From the NCBI RefSeq assembly GCF_009914755.1, contig NC_060937.1: a stretch of DNA of 64,000 bases; one strand, written 5' to 3'. Source of the DNA: the human T2T-CHM13v2.0 reference genome, Homo sapiens. The notes under the pieces are model-generated. The model was given only the letters and a program-made list of their open reading frames with translations, made no database searches and was not told the DNA's origin. The translations under genes were made by a program, and so were the position numbers. Shown piece after piece: positions 38,757-54,359 of this stretch. Position 1 is the first letter of the stretch; each line of letters begins with the position of its first letter.

Positions 38757-40273
38757 GATATCAAATAAATTGGTTTTGTTACAGCTTCACTCTTTATGAG
38801 ATATAGTCGGTGGGACTTGCTGTCAATGATATTTTCTACCACAACTATCTAATTTTATGAACACTGAATGACTCAAGCAAAGGATACATAAGCTACCATG
38901 CTAAAATTATACTAGTTTATTTCTCATTGGAAAGACGAAATAACAGTCTCCCTGTAGACTAAAGCACTATCAAACTCCAAATGAGGTAGGGTATCACCCT
39001 ATCCACAGACAATTAGCCAGACACTGACCCAGTGTCACTATCTTTAATCTTCAAAAGAACCATAAAAGGAGATGCTATTATGGCTCTCATTTTGAGTAAA
39101 GAAACTGCAGATCAGCAAAATTAGACGATTTCTTTGAGATCCTGCAACTGGATATTGTTGGCAAGAAGGGAGAGATTTGAGTGGGAGGAACTCTAGGCAA
39201 GAGGGTTGCCCTATAAGGTGACAGCCTGGATTTGACCGGGATTGGTGGGTTCCTGAGACTCACGGGTTCGAGAAAACAAAGATGGTCATAGGCAACACAG
39301 GAGAGTGGGCCACCCTGTGTAGAAACATAGAAACCACAGTGAGGAGGTTAGAATTGATTCTAAGGGAAAAGGTTTACTGCTGAATATGTTGAGCAAAGAA
39401 TGACATGACTTGAAGCCATCATATTGTGTCACATCTGGCATACTACTGGCACACTTGGCCCTTCACAACCCATCTTGAAATGGAATGGAATTTACAAAAA
39501 GAAAAGCGTAGAGTGAGTTCTTGGACATCGAGTAGGAAATAATGGAGGTCAGAGAAACCAGACTGGACCCCAGAAGGGAGAGTAAAACATTTCGAAAAAT
39601 AAAATGTTACTTGAGATTTGCAGTTTATTTAAACATTCTCATTAAAACCTTTAAGATAACTGGAGAAATTACTAAACAGGCAGGTGGTGAATGCTTTTTT
39701 GGCCTGAAAAATGGTAACACACTTTTTTAGAGAATAGATTTATTCAGTAATTGACTAAAAAACAAATTCATTCAGGGAAAAGAACAAAACGAACCTGACA
39801 TTGAAAACAATGTAGCAATTAGTGCAAAGAAAACAGATACTGTAATAAAGAAGCAACTAAACTATGTAGCCAAATACGTAGTTTTATAAGAAAGGGGCCT
39901 TTGCTGGTTTCTTTTTTCTTTCTATTATTTTTTTGCATAGTCGCTGAGATTTTAAGGGCTTCTTTGCAACTATGCAAATGAAGAAACTCCTGATATGAAC
40001 TTGTTTCCTACTTCTTCCATTGTCAAAGAACTCCAGCTCAGCGACATTCTGAAGAGCCTCCTCAGATGAGCATCTCTGCCATCTGGGAAATTCTGACTCC
40101 TCTGAATTTTTGTGATTCATTTCTCTTCAGCCTTGTAGATTTCAAACTAACAAATCATCATCTACAACAACAGCAAAATGCAACAACAGCAAATACTCCA
40201 AAAGTTTTATAAGTTTTCTTTCCTGCAATAGAAAATTATTTTCATATTTCAGTTTTGATTAAAAACACAACCT

Positions 40274-40583
<310 letters not shown>

Positions 40584-43500
40584 CTATTTTTTTTTTTATT
40601 TTAGGGTTTATGATTTAAATACCATGATTCAAGACAACATGCAGGTTGAAATACTCTTCACACCATTGTGTTTTTATCAGATATAAACTAGCATTTTATT
40701 TGAATCAGCTACTACAGTATCTTGAGCCACAAGCATCATTTCTCATCCCTCTTAAGAAAAGTTACTTACACTCACAGGAGCCTAAGAGAACCATTTGTCT
40801 TATGGAGGCAGATTCTGTATTCCCTTCTGAACATTTGTGTAGCACTGAGTACAATTGAATTCTCACACCTTTTGAATTAATGTGGTTAGGAGCCAGTTTG
40901 TGGAATAGTCAAACAACTTTCCTGGTCGCTTAGATATTTTAAGCATTTCTGAAATGCAAGTAGCATGGGGACATTTATTTGAAATTTCAGCTAATCTTTC
41001 TGGAACAACAGTGATAAATGCAGTAGGTAGAGCGATTCTCAGGAAGAGTATCTTTCTAGGGTGCTTTTCATCACACTTCCACATAACAGTACAATTAATA
41101 GAATAAAATGATTTAACAATCCAGGTGTCTGGAGGAAACCATTTCCAATACCCTTCCTGATTGCAGAATGAGTCAAAATAGTTAGACAATTCTCTTTAAT
41201 TTTACTTCAGATATAAATTTCTGTTCAAATATAAGGAAAGTCTCAGGGAAACAAAGCATATGCAAACAGACAAACCTCCCAGTTAATGAAATACCTCCGT
41301 GAGGACTGCAATCAATAACAGTATAATCTATGTTCATAAATAAGAGTACAGCCTCAGAAGAGTGTCGGGCAGTGATGAATCATTCAGGAGGCCTGCTTTG
41401 CTGCTGTTCAGCTACATCCATGCTTAAAGCTTTTCAGTGACGGAAACACCTGGCTTAGCACCCTCTGATTTCAGCCTCCTCTGAATAGCTAAATCTCTTT
41501 TTTCCCTCTTGTTCTAAACACAGTTTAACCATGGAGCCCTTACCTGATGGTAAGCTCCAAAGAGAGCCACTGAACTCCAAGAGGAGTAAGTTAGTTTCTG
41601 CAGGTCATACATAGACTCACATGCAGATCTATTTTTTGTGGCAGGGAACTGTTGACCGTAGAATGTACCACTCACAGTGTACAGAAGATAGGGCCTAATA
41701 AACACTTTAATTTCCAGGGACTGTCAGGCAGGGTTAATGTGAGCAGGGAGAGGGAAATTAGTAGTTAGTCAGGGAGAATAATAGAAAAGGAGACTATTTC
41801 CTCTTACAAATATCTGTAATCTGTGCCTCTTACCATTAGTCTCCCAACTACAGATATTATAATAGTAGCAACGACACAACTCCTCCAAGGAATATAGAGT
41901 TTCAGCCTTCTTCCAACTTACTAAAGTGATAACTGTGATATTCTGTGGGCAATAAATAGTGCTTGGGAATTGGAGAAGGCCAAAACTTATTAGCTAGCCT
42001 AATCCACAGTCTAAGTGTTTTGTTCAAGTCCGCCTTCCTAAACGACCTTGGAAGTAGAGTTTTTTGCTCTATCTTCTGGGAAGCAATTAAAAAGCCAATG
42101 ATTTTTAGTGTTGTTAATTTTTCATATTCAGGCTAAATTTTCCTTGGCTTTATTTCTTCCATTTATTAATACTTACTGGCCTAAATAGCCATCCTAAATA
42201 ATGTGCAGGTACACACAACTAATATTTGTAGATTATAACATTTGACAAGATCAAAAGATATGTCAATATCCTTCTTGAATTGTAGTTCTAGTTCTCCTGA
42301 TATGTAAGTATTTCAAAATACATGTCAACTTTCAAAAAAATCTGACTCTCTGAAAGTGTATCTCTAGAATTTTAGCTTCAAAATTTCAGTTGATTAAGGT
42401 GGACTGGATATTTTCTCTTGGGAATTTTGATATAAAATAGCTTTATTAAAGTTCATCTTTTTTGTTACACACCAAACACCACAAGCAGTGTGGACTTTCA
42501 CTTGCAGGAGTCCTAACTCACAGAACAACCATCAAAAGCCTTTCCTATCTGATCACCAGAAGAAATTCTTCACTGAAGGTCAGCAGTTTTTGACCTAGCT
42601 CCTGGCCTGCAGGTGTCTGTATCAGAAAAGAAAATTGGCCATACTTCAATGCCCTCTTCTAAAACTCCCGAGTGAGTAGAGAAGGAAGATAAGGTGCTTC
42701 AGAGTCTTTAACATCTTTTTCCACATCAGAGAAAAAGGAAAACAGATCGAGTACCCCCTAGACATTACTATTTAAGTAATAATGTATTCAGAAAAAAAGA
42801 TAACTGTTGAATATACAAGTGCCTGCACTGTACTGAACTGAAAAAAAAAATAGCACTTTGGTTTGAAGTATTAAACAGAAAATATATCTTAAGTATGTCA
42901 TTATATTTAGTGGTGAAATTTAGAAAAGTTAACAAGAAAATATGGTGAAAATCATGTATGTACTTTTGCAGCTCTTTATTTGCGATCCAGTTCTTCCACA
43001 TTTAGATCATGATGTGAAGTAGCAAAAACAATTAATTAATCACCATATATAGATAGTAACACTTTTAAGTTTGGCTTATAAAATCAGAGAAGTGGTCAAC
43101 TCCAGGCTTTCACATATTTGGTTACTGTAGAAACTCCGTGTGCATGAATGAGAATCAAAAGGAATCAAATATAAAGAAGCCCACACAGATCTCACCCAGC
43201 CCCGAAAAATAAAAATGTGTAAGTAAAGACTCTTGTTCCCAATTAAAATTGCATACATAACTTTCTCACTTAGTGGAGATGAACCAAGCTACTCTCAGGC
43301 ATAATATGTATTAAAGAAAGTATCTATAAACCTATATGTGAAATAATATAAGGGATCTTGAACAGTTCTTTGAGAAGATAGATCAGGTATTTTAACCTCA
43401 TTTGTCAAACAAAGTTATTAAAATTGTCAAAAATATATGCTCTAACTTTACTATCTTAAGTTTGGTTCTCTGTCATTACATTCTATTTAAAATTTCAGAG

Positions 43501-44303
43501 CGCATTTGGTATAATAAGGTCACATAAAAACATTAAACTCTGTAATGTCAAATCATTTTAACATCTCATTTTATCTTGTAGGAAGGCATTCAGACAGTAA
43601 TTACAATTTCTGGTTTTAGTTAATTCATATGCCAGAGCAGACCATGAGAAAAGTTTGTTTTTAATCCCAGAATTTGCTGCGTCAAGTAACTGAATTTAAA
43701 CACTGTATAATGTTTGCAGAGATATGCGATCACTTGTAACTTATATTGAGGCTTCCGAAATGTACAGTTCTTTAAAGAATAATCAGTAACTCAAATGGTT
43801 AATTCTTTTCTTATACATGATCAGGAAAACTAACTGTCAATAAATGTAATCCAGATTCTTTATTAGTGATCTGAAACCAAGCCATTACAATAGAAAGAAG
43901 CATAATGACATCCTATAGGAATTTTAAAGTAAAAGATAATGGGGGTCTCTTAAGTTTATGAAGGGAATACATGGCATGAGTTTCCCTTTATTTTATTGTA
44001 AAAATTAATTAGTTAAAAGTTTAAAGGACTTAGTTCTTAAAAAGTTACCAATCCACTCTAACAAAATCATGTGTTTTGACATCTTCTAGTTATTACTAAA
44101 TGCGTGTGCACCTTCACATAATGCAATCATAATGCATCTTCAAGTTTTCTGTTGTTCTAATTTCATCCATAAACATTTTTATTTTCAGCTTTTCTTCCTT
44201 CTTAAAATAACACAAATATATATTTCAGGTAAATATTTGAAAATACATATTATATCTACTATAGGAAAATTCAGAAATTAGCAGAAGTATTAAGAAGAAT
44301 ATA

Positions 44304-44610
44304 CGCCGGGCGCGGTGGCCCATGTCTGTAATACCAGCACTTTGGGAGGCCGAGATGGGTGGATCACGAGTTCAGGAGTTCAAGACCAGCCTGGCCAAGA
44401 TAATGAAACCCTGTCTCTAATAAAACTACAAAAATTAGCCTGGTGTGGTGGCAGGCACCTATAATCCCAGCTACTTGGGAGGCTGAAGCAGAGAATTGCT
44501 TGAACCAGGGAGGCAGAGGTCGCAGTGAGCTGATAGCATGCCACTGCACTCCAGCTTGTGTGACAGAGCCAGACTCCATCTCCAAAAAAAAAAAAAGAAA
44601 AAAAAGAAAA
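44304..44610 (+). mobile_element. Alu SINE, AluSg-like
   Basis: Full dimer; imperfect TSD AAGAATATA/AAGACTATA. Confidence 0.93.
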
Positions 44611-44689
44611 AGACTATAACATTTGACTCCAGCCTTGTGATGTGCTGTTGCAAACTCTCCCTACCCTTCCAGGTGCCTGCACTCTGATC

Positions 44690-45110
44690 AGGTCACCTTT
44701 CCATTGTTAGATGGATAGAGCCTGTTTTCATCTCAGGCCTTTGAGCAAATTGCTCTTCACAGCTTTGTTTCAGTGACATCATCCTGATTATGGTTTATTT
44801 ATTAGCTCCTCAGATCTTCCCTGACCATCTTCACATACAGGAACTTCTGCATCCCTCCTCTTGCCCCTACCCAATCACTTGCTATGTCATTATTCTGTTT
44901 GTGTTTCTATAGCACTAGTCCTATGGAAATGATCTTCCACGTTAATTCATTTACCTGTTGACTATATACCTCCATGAAAGCCCCAGCAGGGGAGAGAACT
45001 TAGCCATCTTATTGACCATAGCATCCCCAGCATCTGAAACAGGGCCACAAAAAAGTGTAGGTACTTGATAAAGTGTGTTGAAAAACAATATATAAAAGAA
45101 TAAATTAATT
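44690..45110 (+). mobile_element. L2 3' fragment
   Basis: ctcaggcctttgagcaaattgct...ttccctgaccatct...catccccagcatctgaaacagggc...taggtacttgataaagtgtgttgaa. Confidence 0.6.
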
Positions 45111-47159
45111 AAAAATTTAAAATCACATCTATTTCTACCATTCAGAAATTAAAACTTAATTTCTTTGATATTATTCACTTCACTTTACTTTTTTATTAGT
45201 GAATTGTACTGATGAATAAAAAAAGTTTGAGCTAAATCCTAAATTACAATGTGTTTATACATTAAAAATACATGATTACTTGTACAAAATGAGATCATAC
45301 TATAATTGTTGTTTATCTGATTTTAAACATTTATCCACATATTAATAAAAAATTCAGCATTCCATTTAATTTTAAACTGAATTTGATGGCTGCAGAATAT
45401 ATCATTATACACTTTACAATAATAATAGTGAATATTTTATGGGTGCATAATGTACTATTCTGCGATTAAAATATTCCAATACTTACCTCATTTATATTCC
45501 CACTAACTCTGATATTGCTCCATTTTATAAGTGGTCAAGACTGTCCTGGGCTTACATGGCAGAACTGAGATTGAATCCATAACAAAGAGAACATTTTAAT
45601 TCTATCTTTTATGTATCTATCTATCTACCCCCTCCAGGAAAAAAAAAAGTTATTCTAATTTATATTGCTAACAGTTCTTTATGAGAATATCTGTTTTTGG
45701 AACCTAAGTCAATTTTAAACACATTATCTTTTAAAAAAATGTTTAACAGTTGTATAGGAGTTAATTATCTTATTTTAAAAATACAAGTTTATTTCCTTGT
45801 GAATTTGAAAAGGATTTTAAGACGCATGGACATTTGCATTTTTTCATTAGTGTAACAAATCATATTTGAATGACTAGTTTGTTGATGTATGATTACTTCT
45901 TAACAGCCTCTCATGCTCTGTAAATTAGAAACTACGTAACTACCCATTTTACAGACTTAGATGTATCTATTACAAGTAATGAGTTAACCACATTCAAAAC
46001 AACATGATTAATTAGGCTTTCTAAATCTTTTTTTCTCTTGAGTTAAAAAAGTCGTGGTGTGGAGTCAATTTGCCTGAATGGTTAGGATCATGCTTTGCAA
46101 TGGATTCCTTTGGATTTTCCTATCAGCATGGCCTCTGCTGAACACTCCATATAAAATAAATTTCAGATCCACTATAACTCCCTGGCTTCTTACCCTGTTT
46201 TATTCTCCTTTGATACAATTATGAACACTTAGATACAATATATTGTTACTTGTCTTTCTTTTCAATTAGATATGGATAAGTGACATGAAGGAAGTCTTTG
46301 CTGTTTTCTCAACCTCTGATATGATGTGTAACCTAGAGCAGGCATCTAATAGATAACTATGAACAAACTGAATTCATAAAATCCTTTTGATCGGAAGCCT
46401 GATTTCACTACATGATACAACCTTGAACAAGTCACTTAACCTCTTTGAATATTCAGTTTCAGATTATACAAAATGAGGATATTTGAGAATGGACCTTAAC
46501 TATGACATTTTAATGAGCTTTTATAAATTACTTGGTTAGTTTCAATTTGGTAACTGTTTCAATTTGGTAACACAACATAATTGATATTTTCTGTCAAATG
46601 AAAGTGTCCGGTTATTTTACTATACTCATACATAAGGCTTGATCAGTAAAAATTTTTGAGTTTTTGATTGTTTTGTTGCACCTTTTTTTATTCTGTGTTA
46701 TATTATTACAGTGGTAGTAAGAGAAATAAAGTTCTTTCCATAGCAAAACGTATAATGTTGGAATAAAATGGCTACCATGAGTGTGTGGCTACCATGGCTA
46801 CGGGCATTGTACCTGCGTTTGTCTGGCTAAAAGACCATCACTTGTTTATCCTTTTTTTGACTATCTGGAAATATTTTTTTCATTGGTAAACTAACCGTGG
46901 AAAGGGAATTTGCCTGACATTAATAGTCACCTAAGTTTAGAATGAACACTAAAAAGCAAGGGTTCTTTACACAGTGCCATTAATAATTACATAATTTAGA
47001 TCCGACTTCTTGTTCTACAACGATAACCTTCCTTGTTATATCTTACAATCATATATTTTATAAGAATTCATTATGATTTTTTAAGTCACTGGTTCAACTT
47101 AAGTATAAAATATTCATGCTACATTATTTGATTTTTTAAAAGGCTATGTTTGTCTTTAG

Positions 47160-47420
47160 TGAAATGGTTAAGAGCATGATGAAATGGTTAAGCACATGAT
47201 GAAGTGGTTAAGAGCAGACAGAATATGGGGTCAGGCTACATAGGCTTTAATCTGCATCTGCTACTTAATAATTGCATGCCTCTCAGCAAATTACTTAAGT
47301 TCTTTGGGGTTCTGTTTCCCCTAATTTAAAATGAGGAGGATAATAATGATATCTATTTCATAGTATGATTGTGCGGACTCAAGACACTAATATAAAAATC
47401 CATAAGGATACTATCTGACT
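47160..47420 (+). mobile_element. MIR with a triplicated 20-bp 5' segment
   Basis: (TGAAATGGTTAAGAGCATGA)x3-like, then gcaaattacttaag...ctgtttcc...taaaatgaggaggataata. Confidence 0.7.
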
Positions 47421-48451
47421 TTGATAAGGACTATATCATATAACTCTCTAGTACATAAATTCAAATTACTCTTTTATTGGGAGAAAAGTTTGATGAAGCC
47501 ACTTTTCATCAAACTTTTCCTTAACCATAGAAAAGCTTTTGATATGGCCTTCTAACTCATTTGCTTTAAGTCAATATCTTTTTCTTTACAGTGTTGACAT
47601 TCCCTTGTGGCAGGAAAATCAACATTTTGAGTCACTTGCTTTAAATAATGGACTGAGGCCCAGTGTCAGCATCTATCCAGATTGAATTTACTTTCAATAG
47701 CCTTTTAAACATGCTGAAGTTCTAAACTCCATTTTATCTAAATATTCTGTTTTTCCTTTTTATTTATGATTCCACCGTGGAACTAATTATTGTCCTGTGA
47801 TCAAACTTAAAACAGATCAGGTGTCTGGAGTTATACTCATAACCCAATATGTTAGCAATAGCATTAAGACTAATGCATACAGGGATTTAGAGTTACCTGC
47901 AATAATCAGAAACCATGTTTCCCTCTATACCCCAGGAACAAGGGAAAAGGAAACAGAACTGTTGCCAGGAGCTTGAGGACACATGCCCACTATTTCATAA
48001 AGAAACAAACGATTTGTTTCACAGTGATAGATAACAAAAGCTCAAATTAAAAATGACAAACACAATCCTGGGAGAGAAGAAAACATACTGATAAAGGTAA
48101 CCACATTGTAGACAACTTCTCCAGAAAATCACTTGTTATCCAAAAGCAAGTGAAAATCCATATTCACATTTATGACAAGTTGTGACAAAACCTTTATTCT
48201 TGCACCCTTCTTCTAATGTAAGATATCTGATTTTAAAATGATTTCAATATATAATCCCTCTGCTAAGCCTCAGCACCATATCACCATCTTATATTGCTGC
48301 AGTTCAGGAACATTGATTCTGAGGGCTGATACAGAACGTTCATAACCATGGGGAAATAAACAAGGAAGAAGAAATATGGAGAGTGAAATAGTTCTATACT
48401 AGGAATACTAACAAGAATATCAGTGACCTTAAAAAGTGGTAAGAAAGGTCA

Positions 48452-48750
48452 AGCCATGCACAGTGGCTCACACTTGTCATCCCAACATTCTGGAAGGTCA
48501 AGGTGCAGAATTGCTTGAGCCCAGGAGTTCAACGTCAGCCTGGGCAACATAGTGAGACCCCATTTCTACAAAATGTTAAAAAAAAAAAATTAGCCAGGCA
48601 TGGTGGGTGCACCTGTGTTCCAAGCTACTCAAGAGGCTGAGATGGGGGGATTACTTGAGTGCAAATAGTTGATGCTGTGGTGAGCTGTGTTCAGGCCACT
48701 GCAGTCCAGCCAGCCTGGGCAACAGAGCAAGATCCTGGCTCCAAGTAAAA
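48452..48750 (+). mobile_element. Alu SINE, AluJ
   Basis: Diverged dimer with TTGCTTGAGCCCAGGAGTTC...CTGGGCAACATAGTGAGACC. Confidence 0.9.
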
Positions 48751-50649
48751 TGTAGTAACAAGAATACATGAGAAAAATACTCAGAAAACACTCCCAATTA
48801 TCAATTACAATCATTTAATGGTCATTTAAAATGTTATCTCAATCTTTAAACATTTTAAATCCCTAATTTGAAAAAGTTCAACTTTTTCTGAATCTTACAG
48901 CCATCTTTTGAATGACGGTATGTCACATTATGAGTAAGTCTGGACTCATATGATTATGAACAACCATTCCAGTAGATGTTTAATAAATGTTTGTCAAACA
49001 AGTAGTTATTAGTGTATGCTTTATGTACTCTTCTCACTTACATATTCATGGGACATCACAAATAAAATTGGAAAGTTTGGAAATATTATCCTCACATTGT
49101 GACACTGGAAGTCCTCAGCACCACTGGGGAAAATCAGTGTTTGTTTTCCCTGTGAATGGAAACCACAGTTATATTTGTAACACAAATGACTGATGGCACT
49201 TGATATGAAAACCAAGAGTGCAAATATGAAGCCAGAACTATATAATTGTTGAAAATCCACCTTTTAGGTAAATCCAAGTTATAACATCCTAAAATCATCT
49301 GTTCAAATTTATTTTTATATATTGTACAATGCTCATTATGGTGTTCATATTTATTTTTAATGTTTCATTTAAAAATTAAGAATTTAAACACTGCTCTGTT
49401 GCCATCTTCTGCCATACAAAATTCGTTCCAATTTTATTGTAAAAGAAAGCTCTGGCATAGATTTAACCCATAAAATCATTTCTGATTACATGTCTTTTGG
49501 CCTCTGTTAGCTAGAATCTTACAGCAGATTCTGAAGTGCTCATTGTTTAATTATTGTTATTGAAATGTTCCACAATAAACTAAAGAGATTTTTTTGTAAG
49601 CTAAACAATGTTTTAACTTATTCTGTAGCTATCGAAACTGCTGAGTCAATGTCAACTCATATAGAATCTGAACAACCCTAGGCTATTAAAAAATTCAACA
49701 AAGTGTATCTGTATTTTCCTGAAAAATAATTAAGAGCAACATTTTTATTATTTAATTAATAAAGCTTCTACTAACCAAGATCTTAAGAAAGTAAATTAAT
49801 CTTTTAGCCCTGATTTTACTCTTCTGTATTTTTTGTCTAAATAGTTAATTGCTAAAAGACTCACATGAGTCTCTATTTATTTTTCTGCAGTATCTCACTG
49901 ACTATTTCAAATTATAATTCTGGCAATACATCCAGCTCCTCAAATCTCTGGAACCAGTTAGGTACGTCTCTATATGGTTGTAGAGCATCCGATTATAATC
50001 CTGCTTCTCCTCCTCCTTTTTTTATATTATTTCTTAAATCACAGATACCTGCTTATTTGCAGGTGGTTCTGTCTCATTCTAAGTGATCCATTCTTTGAGA
50101 AGAAAAACAGCTTTATATTATTCACAGGTATCAGTGCTATAGCATTATGAAACCATCAGATTACTTTTATTTATGGTCTTTAGCAAAGCTCTATTTGGTA
50201 TTTGTATTTGAATGTAATGCTTCATTAAGAAAATTTAAAACTTATATGGTCATGTATGCCAATGTCCAAACTTAAAGAAATGGCAGCTCATATAACATAG
50301 CTGTAGATAACACCTGTTTGCTTGTGAATGGAGATAATAATTATTTTTCTAACACTGAGAAATACATTTCGCATAAAGTTTCAAAATGTGTTTGTTACAA
50401 GTCACTTAAAAATTGAGTAAACTCTATGGTAAAAGGATTATTTCTATATCAGATAAGGAGAATGGCTGCCTCAAAAACATGACCAGAAGTATAAAGTAAT
50501 ACCATTCGATTTGCAATAGCAAAGGAGATTCTATGAAAGACCATCCTATAAGAATTAAACTTTTGCCATATATCATTAGAATGCTATAATATAATAACAA
50601 TGGGAATTGCATATTTTACTATATTTATCAAAAGTAAGAAGTGAGAACT

Positions 50650-50947
50650 GGCCAGGCACTGTGGCTCAGGCCTGTAATCCCAGCACTTTGGGAGGTCGAG
50701 GCCGGCGGAATGCTTGAAGCCAAGACTTCAAGACCAGCCTAGGCAACATGGTGAAACCCTGCCGCTACTAAAAATACAAAAATTAGCTGGGCCTGGTGGT
50801 GCACTCCTGTAATCCCATCTACTCGGGAGGCTGAGGCACAAGAATCACTTGAACCCAGGAGGTGGAGGTTGCCGTGAGCCAAGATTGCGCCACTGCACTC
50901 CAGCTTCAGTGACAGAGAAAGACTCTGTCTCAAAAACAAAAACAAAA
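50650..50947 (+). mobile_element. Alu SINE, early AluS/Jb-like
   Basis: Full dimer with (CAAAAA)n tail; TSD AAGTGAGAAC. Confidence 0.93.
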
Positions 50948-51639
50948 AAGTGAGAACCATGGAGAGAATTAAAAAGTTGCATGAAATCATAACTCAGAGA
51001 AAAATATGGTCATCCTATCCCTGGAGCTGTCAAAGGGTGATGTCATAAAGTTTGGCAACTCCTGGCCGAAATGACTTCTATCTCCTAGATGAAACATAGC
51101 ATACCGAAATCCATTTACCATGAACTGGTGCCATATTCTCATTAAGAGATTTCTGTCATTTTAATTTTATTTTTCCAAGTAAATTTTCCCACAGGGAATA
51201 ATTTTTCTTATTAATTATATGTACGGTAACCCAAACTATTTAAAAGAAAAAGTTGAAAATAGGGTATCTACAGTAAGTAAAAGCAATCATAAATATATAT
51301 GAGTCGGGGTAGAATTTCAGGGTAACAGTTGACTTTTCCAGTTCAGGGTGGCATTGGAGGTCTAACCTCATTAACAGCAGATGCTTTTGGAGGACTAGAC
51401 TGTCACCAATCATTAACCCTCACTCTCTGGGAAGATCACATTCTGTCAATATTGCTGCTAGTTGGTATACTTCTTCCATATGTGTCAGAATTAAAGTTGG
51501 AAGCCTTGAAACAAACCATTGAGCTATCTATGATTTCATTAAAACTCTTGAGAACTAGACTCAGGCAAAATTGTGACTGTAGTCATTTATCTCTGGTTAT
51601 GTTATACCTTTATCTTTATTATGCATTTCTATCAACACC

Positions 51640-51900
51640 TTTAATGGTGCAGTGCGTATAAACTACAAATTTAAGAAATTATCCCCCAGGATTTGAATTC
51701 TGCCTCAGTGACTTATTGGTTCTGTGACCTTGGAGACCTGTTTGAGGCGATTGAACCTGAGTTTCCTCTCCTATAAAGTAGTGATTATAATACTTTCCTA
51801 CAAAGTGGGAAAATGTAGCAGTAAATGAAATGACCTATGCAAAGTTCCTAACAGCAGAGCACACTGTAAGCCCTCAAAATGAGAGCGGTGTCATTTATTT
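51640..51900 (+). mobile_element. MIR
   Basis: ggatttgaattctgcctcagtgacttattggttctgtgaccttgg...cctgagtttcctctcctataaa...aaatgaaatgacctatgcaaag. Confidence 0.7.
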
Positions 51901-52514
51901 CCCTAAAGGGCCTTACTGCTAGAGGTATCTGCCTTACATCGCCTGCTCTCAAAGATGTGAAAGTATTCAAAACACTAAGAGAGCACAATATAATAGAGCT
52001 GTACAGTCACAATTTAAGACCACCACTTACTAGTTTTATCACATCGGATGAAACTTTTGAAACTTATGCAGCCTAAATCCATGAATGTATGTTAATCTCT
52101 GACCAAAAGAGATATGCTCAGTAAACATCAGCTTCTCTTCCAATTGTGGTCATGGTACTATTTCAGGCACCCTTACTGTCCTTCAAATCTCAAGTAAATG
52201 TTAACTATATCTAGCATGATTGTTCTCACGGCATCCCCTGGGAGAAAGTAGAACGTTGGAAGGCACACTTTTCTGCTTAGCCAAGGCAGAGCCCTGGCAT
52301 CATTCTAAACATACCTCTCCAGGTAGCACATACTAGTAAGAGTTTCAGAAAACTTGTAATGTCTATGCCCTTTCTATAGAAAGATAAGCAAACTTAAATG
52401 ACTTCAGTGTACAGGCAGTTAAAGTATATAATTATAACTAAATGGGGAGTAAGATGAAGAATGGTAACAGAGAGTTGGCTTCAAATAATGAGATGACAGC
52501 TGCTGTTGGGACTA

Positions 52515-52952
<438 letters not shown>

Positions 52953-54260
52953 TTAAAGTCTTAAATATTGCAGGACTAACTAAAATAATGCAGAAAACAT
53001 AACTTTGCAACCCCAAACAGCTAAAGTCTAAAAATCAGGGAGTCACTCAACTCTCTGGAACTCTGTTTCTTACAGCTCCAGAAACTCAAAATACCAATTA
53101 AAAAAATTTTTCTTTAAGCATAAATCAAAGGAAGGGAAATTTAGACAATCTTCATTACCTTATAGAAGTAAACAACAACAAAAATAAAGCAAGAGGAGGG
53201 AGGATTGAAGGTTATCCACATTAAGATAATTTTCCCTGTAGTAATCTTGAATAAATAGAATTTGACATTTGTTACATAAAATAACTGGAAGTTGAAGAAG
53301 AGAGTGGGGAAATCTACCACCTAAGAGGTACAGGTATTGAATCCACCTTCCTGTGAGAAGTATTAAATCAGAAAATGTAGGGGTGAATAACTTAGTCCCT
53401 TGAAAGATATATCCTTTAAGATCAACAAATTATATATATTTTTTCCAACTACAACCCTGATTCACAATATAGAGACTTTGGCTCATCTGTCAGTACTTAG
53501 CTCCATTTTCCTCTCTGTGGCCTCACTGCAGGAGTTTCACAAGATGGAAAATTCACTTAGGCTACCTGCTCTAGATAAAAGTCTGGAATGGTGAACTCAA
53601 ATCCCAAGAGCCTCTGGTATACACTTCAGTTCGACAGAGAAAAATTTTAACTACACTTGAAAGAAAATGACCCTGGAAAATAGGTTAGCAAGGCAGCAGA
53701 AAGTGTGTGCCTTGATATGTTTTGAATTTCGAATTCTAAGTATTCTTTACTGGCAGAAAATGCTGTTTTATGCCTCCAGCTAAAAGACAAAAATAAAACA
53801 GAATCCCACCACCCTCTTATCAAACCATAAACCTCCCTCAAGAGACTTGATCTATAGAGTTGCATGCATGAATTATTTGTGTTTTAAAAAGAGCATTTTG
53901 CACAAAATCAAAAGCTAACTCTTTTCAACAACTTAGGGACAGGTTTTGCTTCTCAAATGAAAGTATCCATGAAGAGGGGTCAAAAAACATACCAATTCAT
54001 ATGATATTAAAGTTTATAATTAATCTATTCATAGTATTATTTTATTTTCTAGATGTAATAAAAATTTTAAAGCATCTTTATTTTTTCATAGACAGTATGG
54101 TTGGCATAAAACATTGATTGAATTAACAAGATTATTTGTGGGGAAATTAAAAATCCCTCTTAAGTACCCCTACATTCCACATATACATAAAATATGTCCT
54201 TAGTATTTTGGTTTAAAATATTAATTTTGAAATATATTACTTATAGCAGATAGGCAGACT

Positions 54261-54359
54261 ATAGATAGATAGATAGATGATAGATAGCTAGATAGACAGA
54301 TGATAGATAGATAGATAGATAGATACATACATACATACATACATACATACATACATACA
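54261..54359. repeat. Compound (GATA)n(CATA)n tetranucleotide STR
   Basis: Interrupted GATA run followed by about 8-9 CATA units. Confidence 0.95.

Noticed and set aside
40863-41189. 108-aa minus-strand ORF, and the 78-aa ORF at 39884-40120
   Set aside because: No recognisable domain and no convincing splice boundaries; length is compatible with chance.
41365-41475. C/D snoRNA-like GTGATGA...CTGA spacing
   Set aside because: No convincing terminal stem, internal D'/C' boxes or recognisable rRNA guide.
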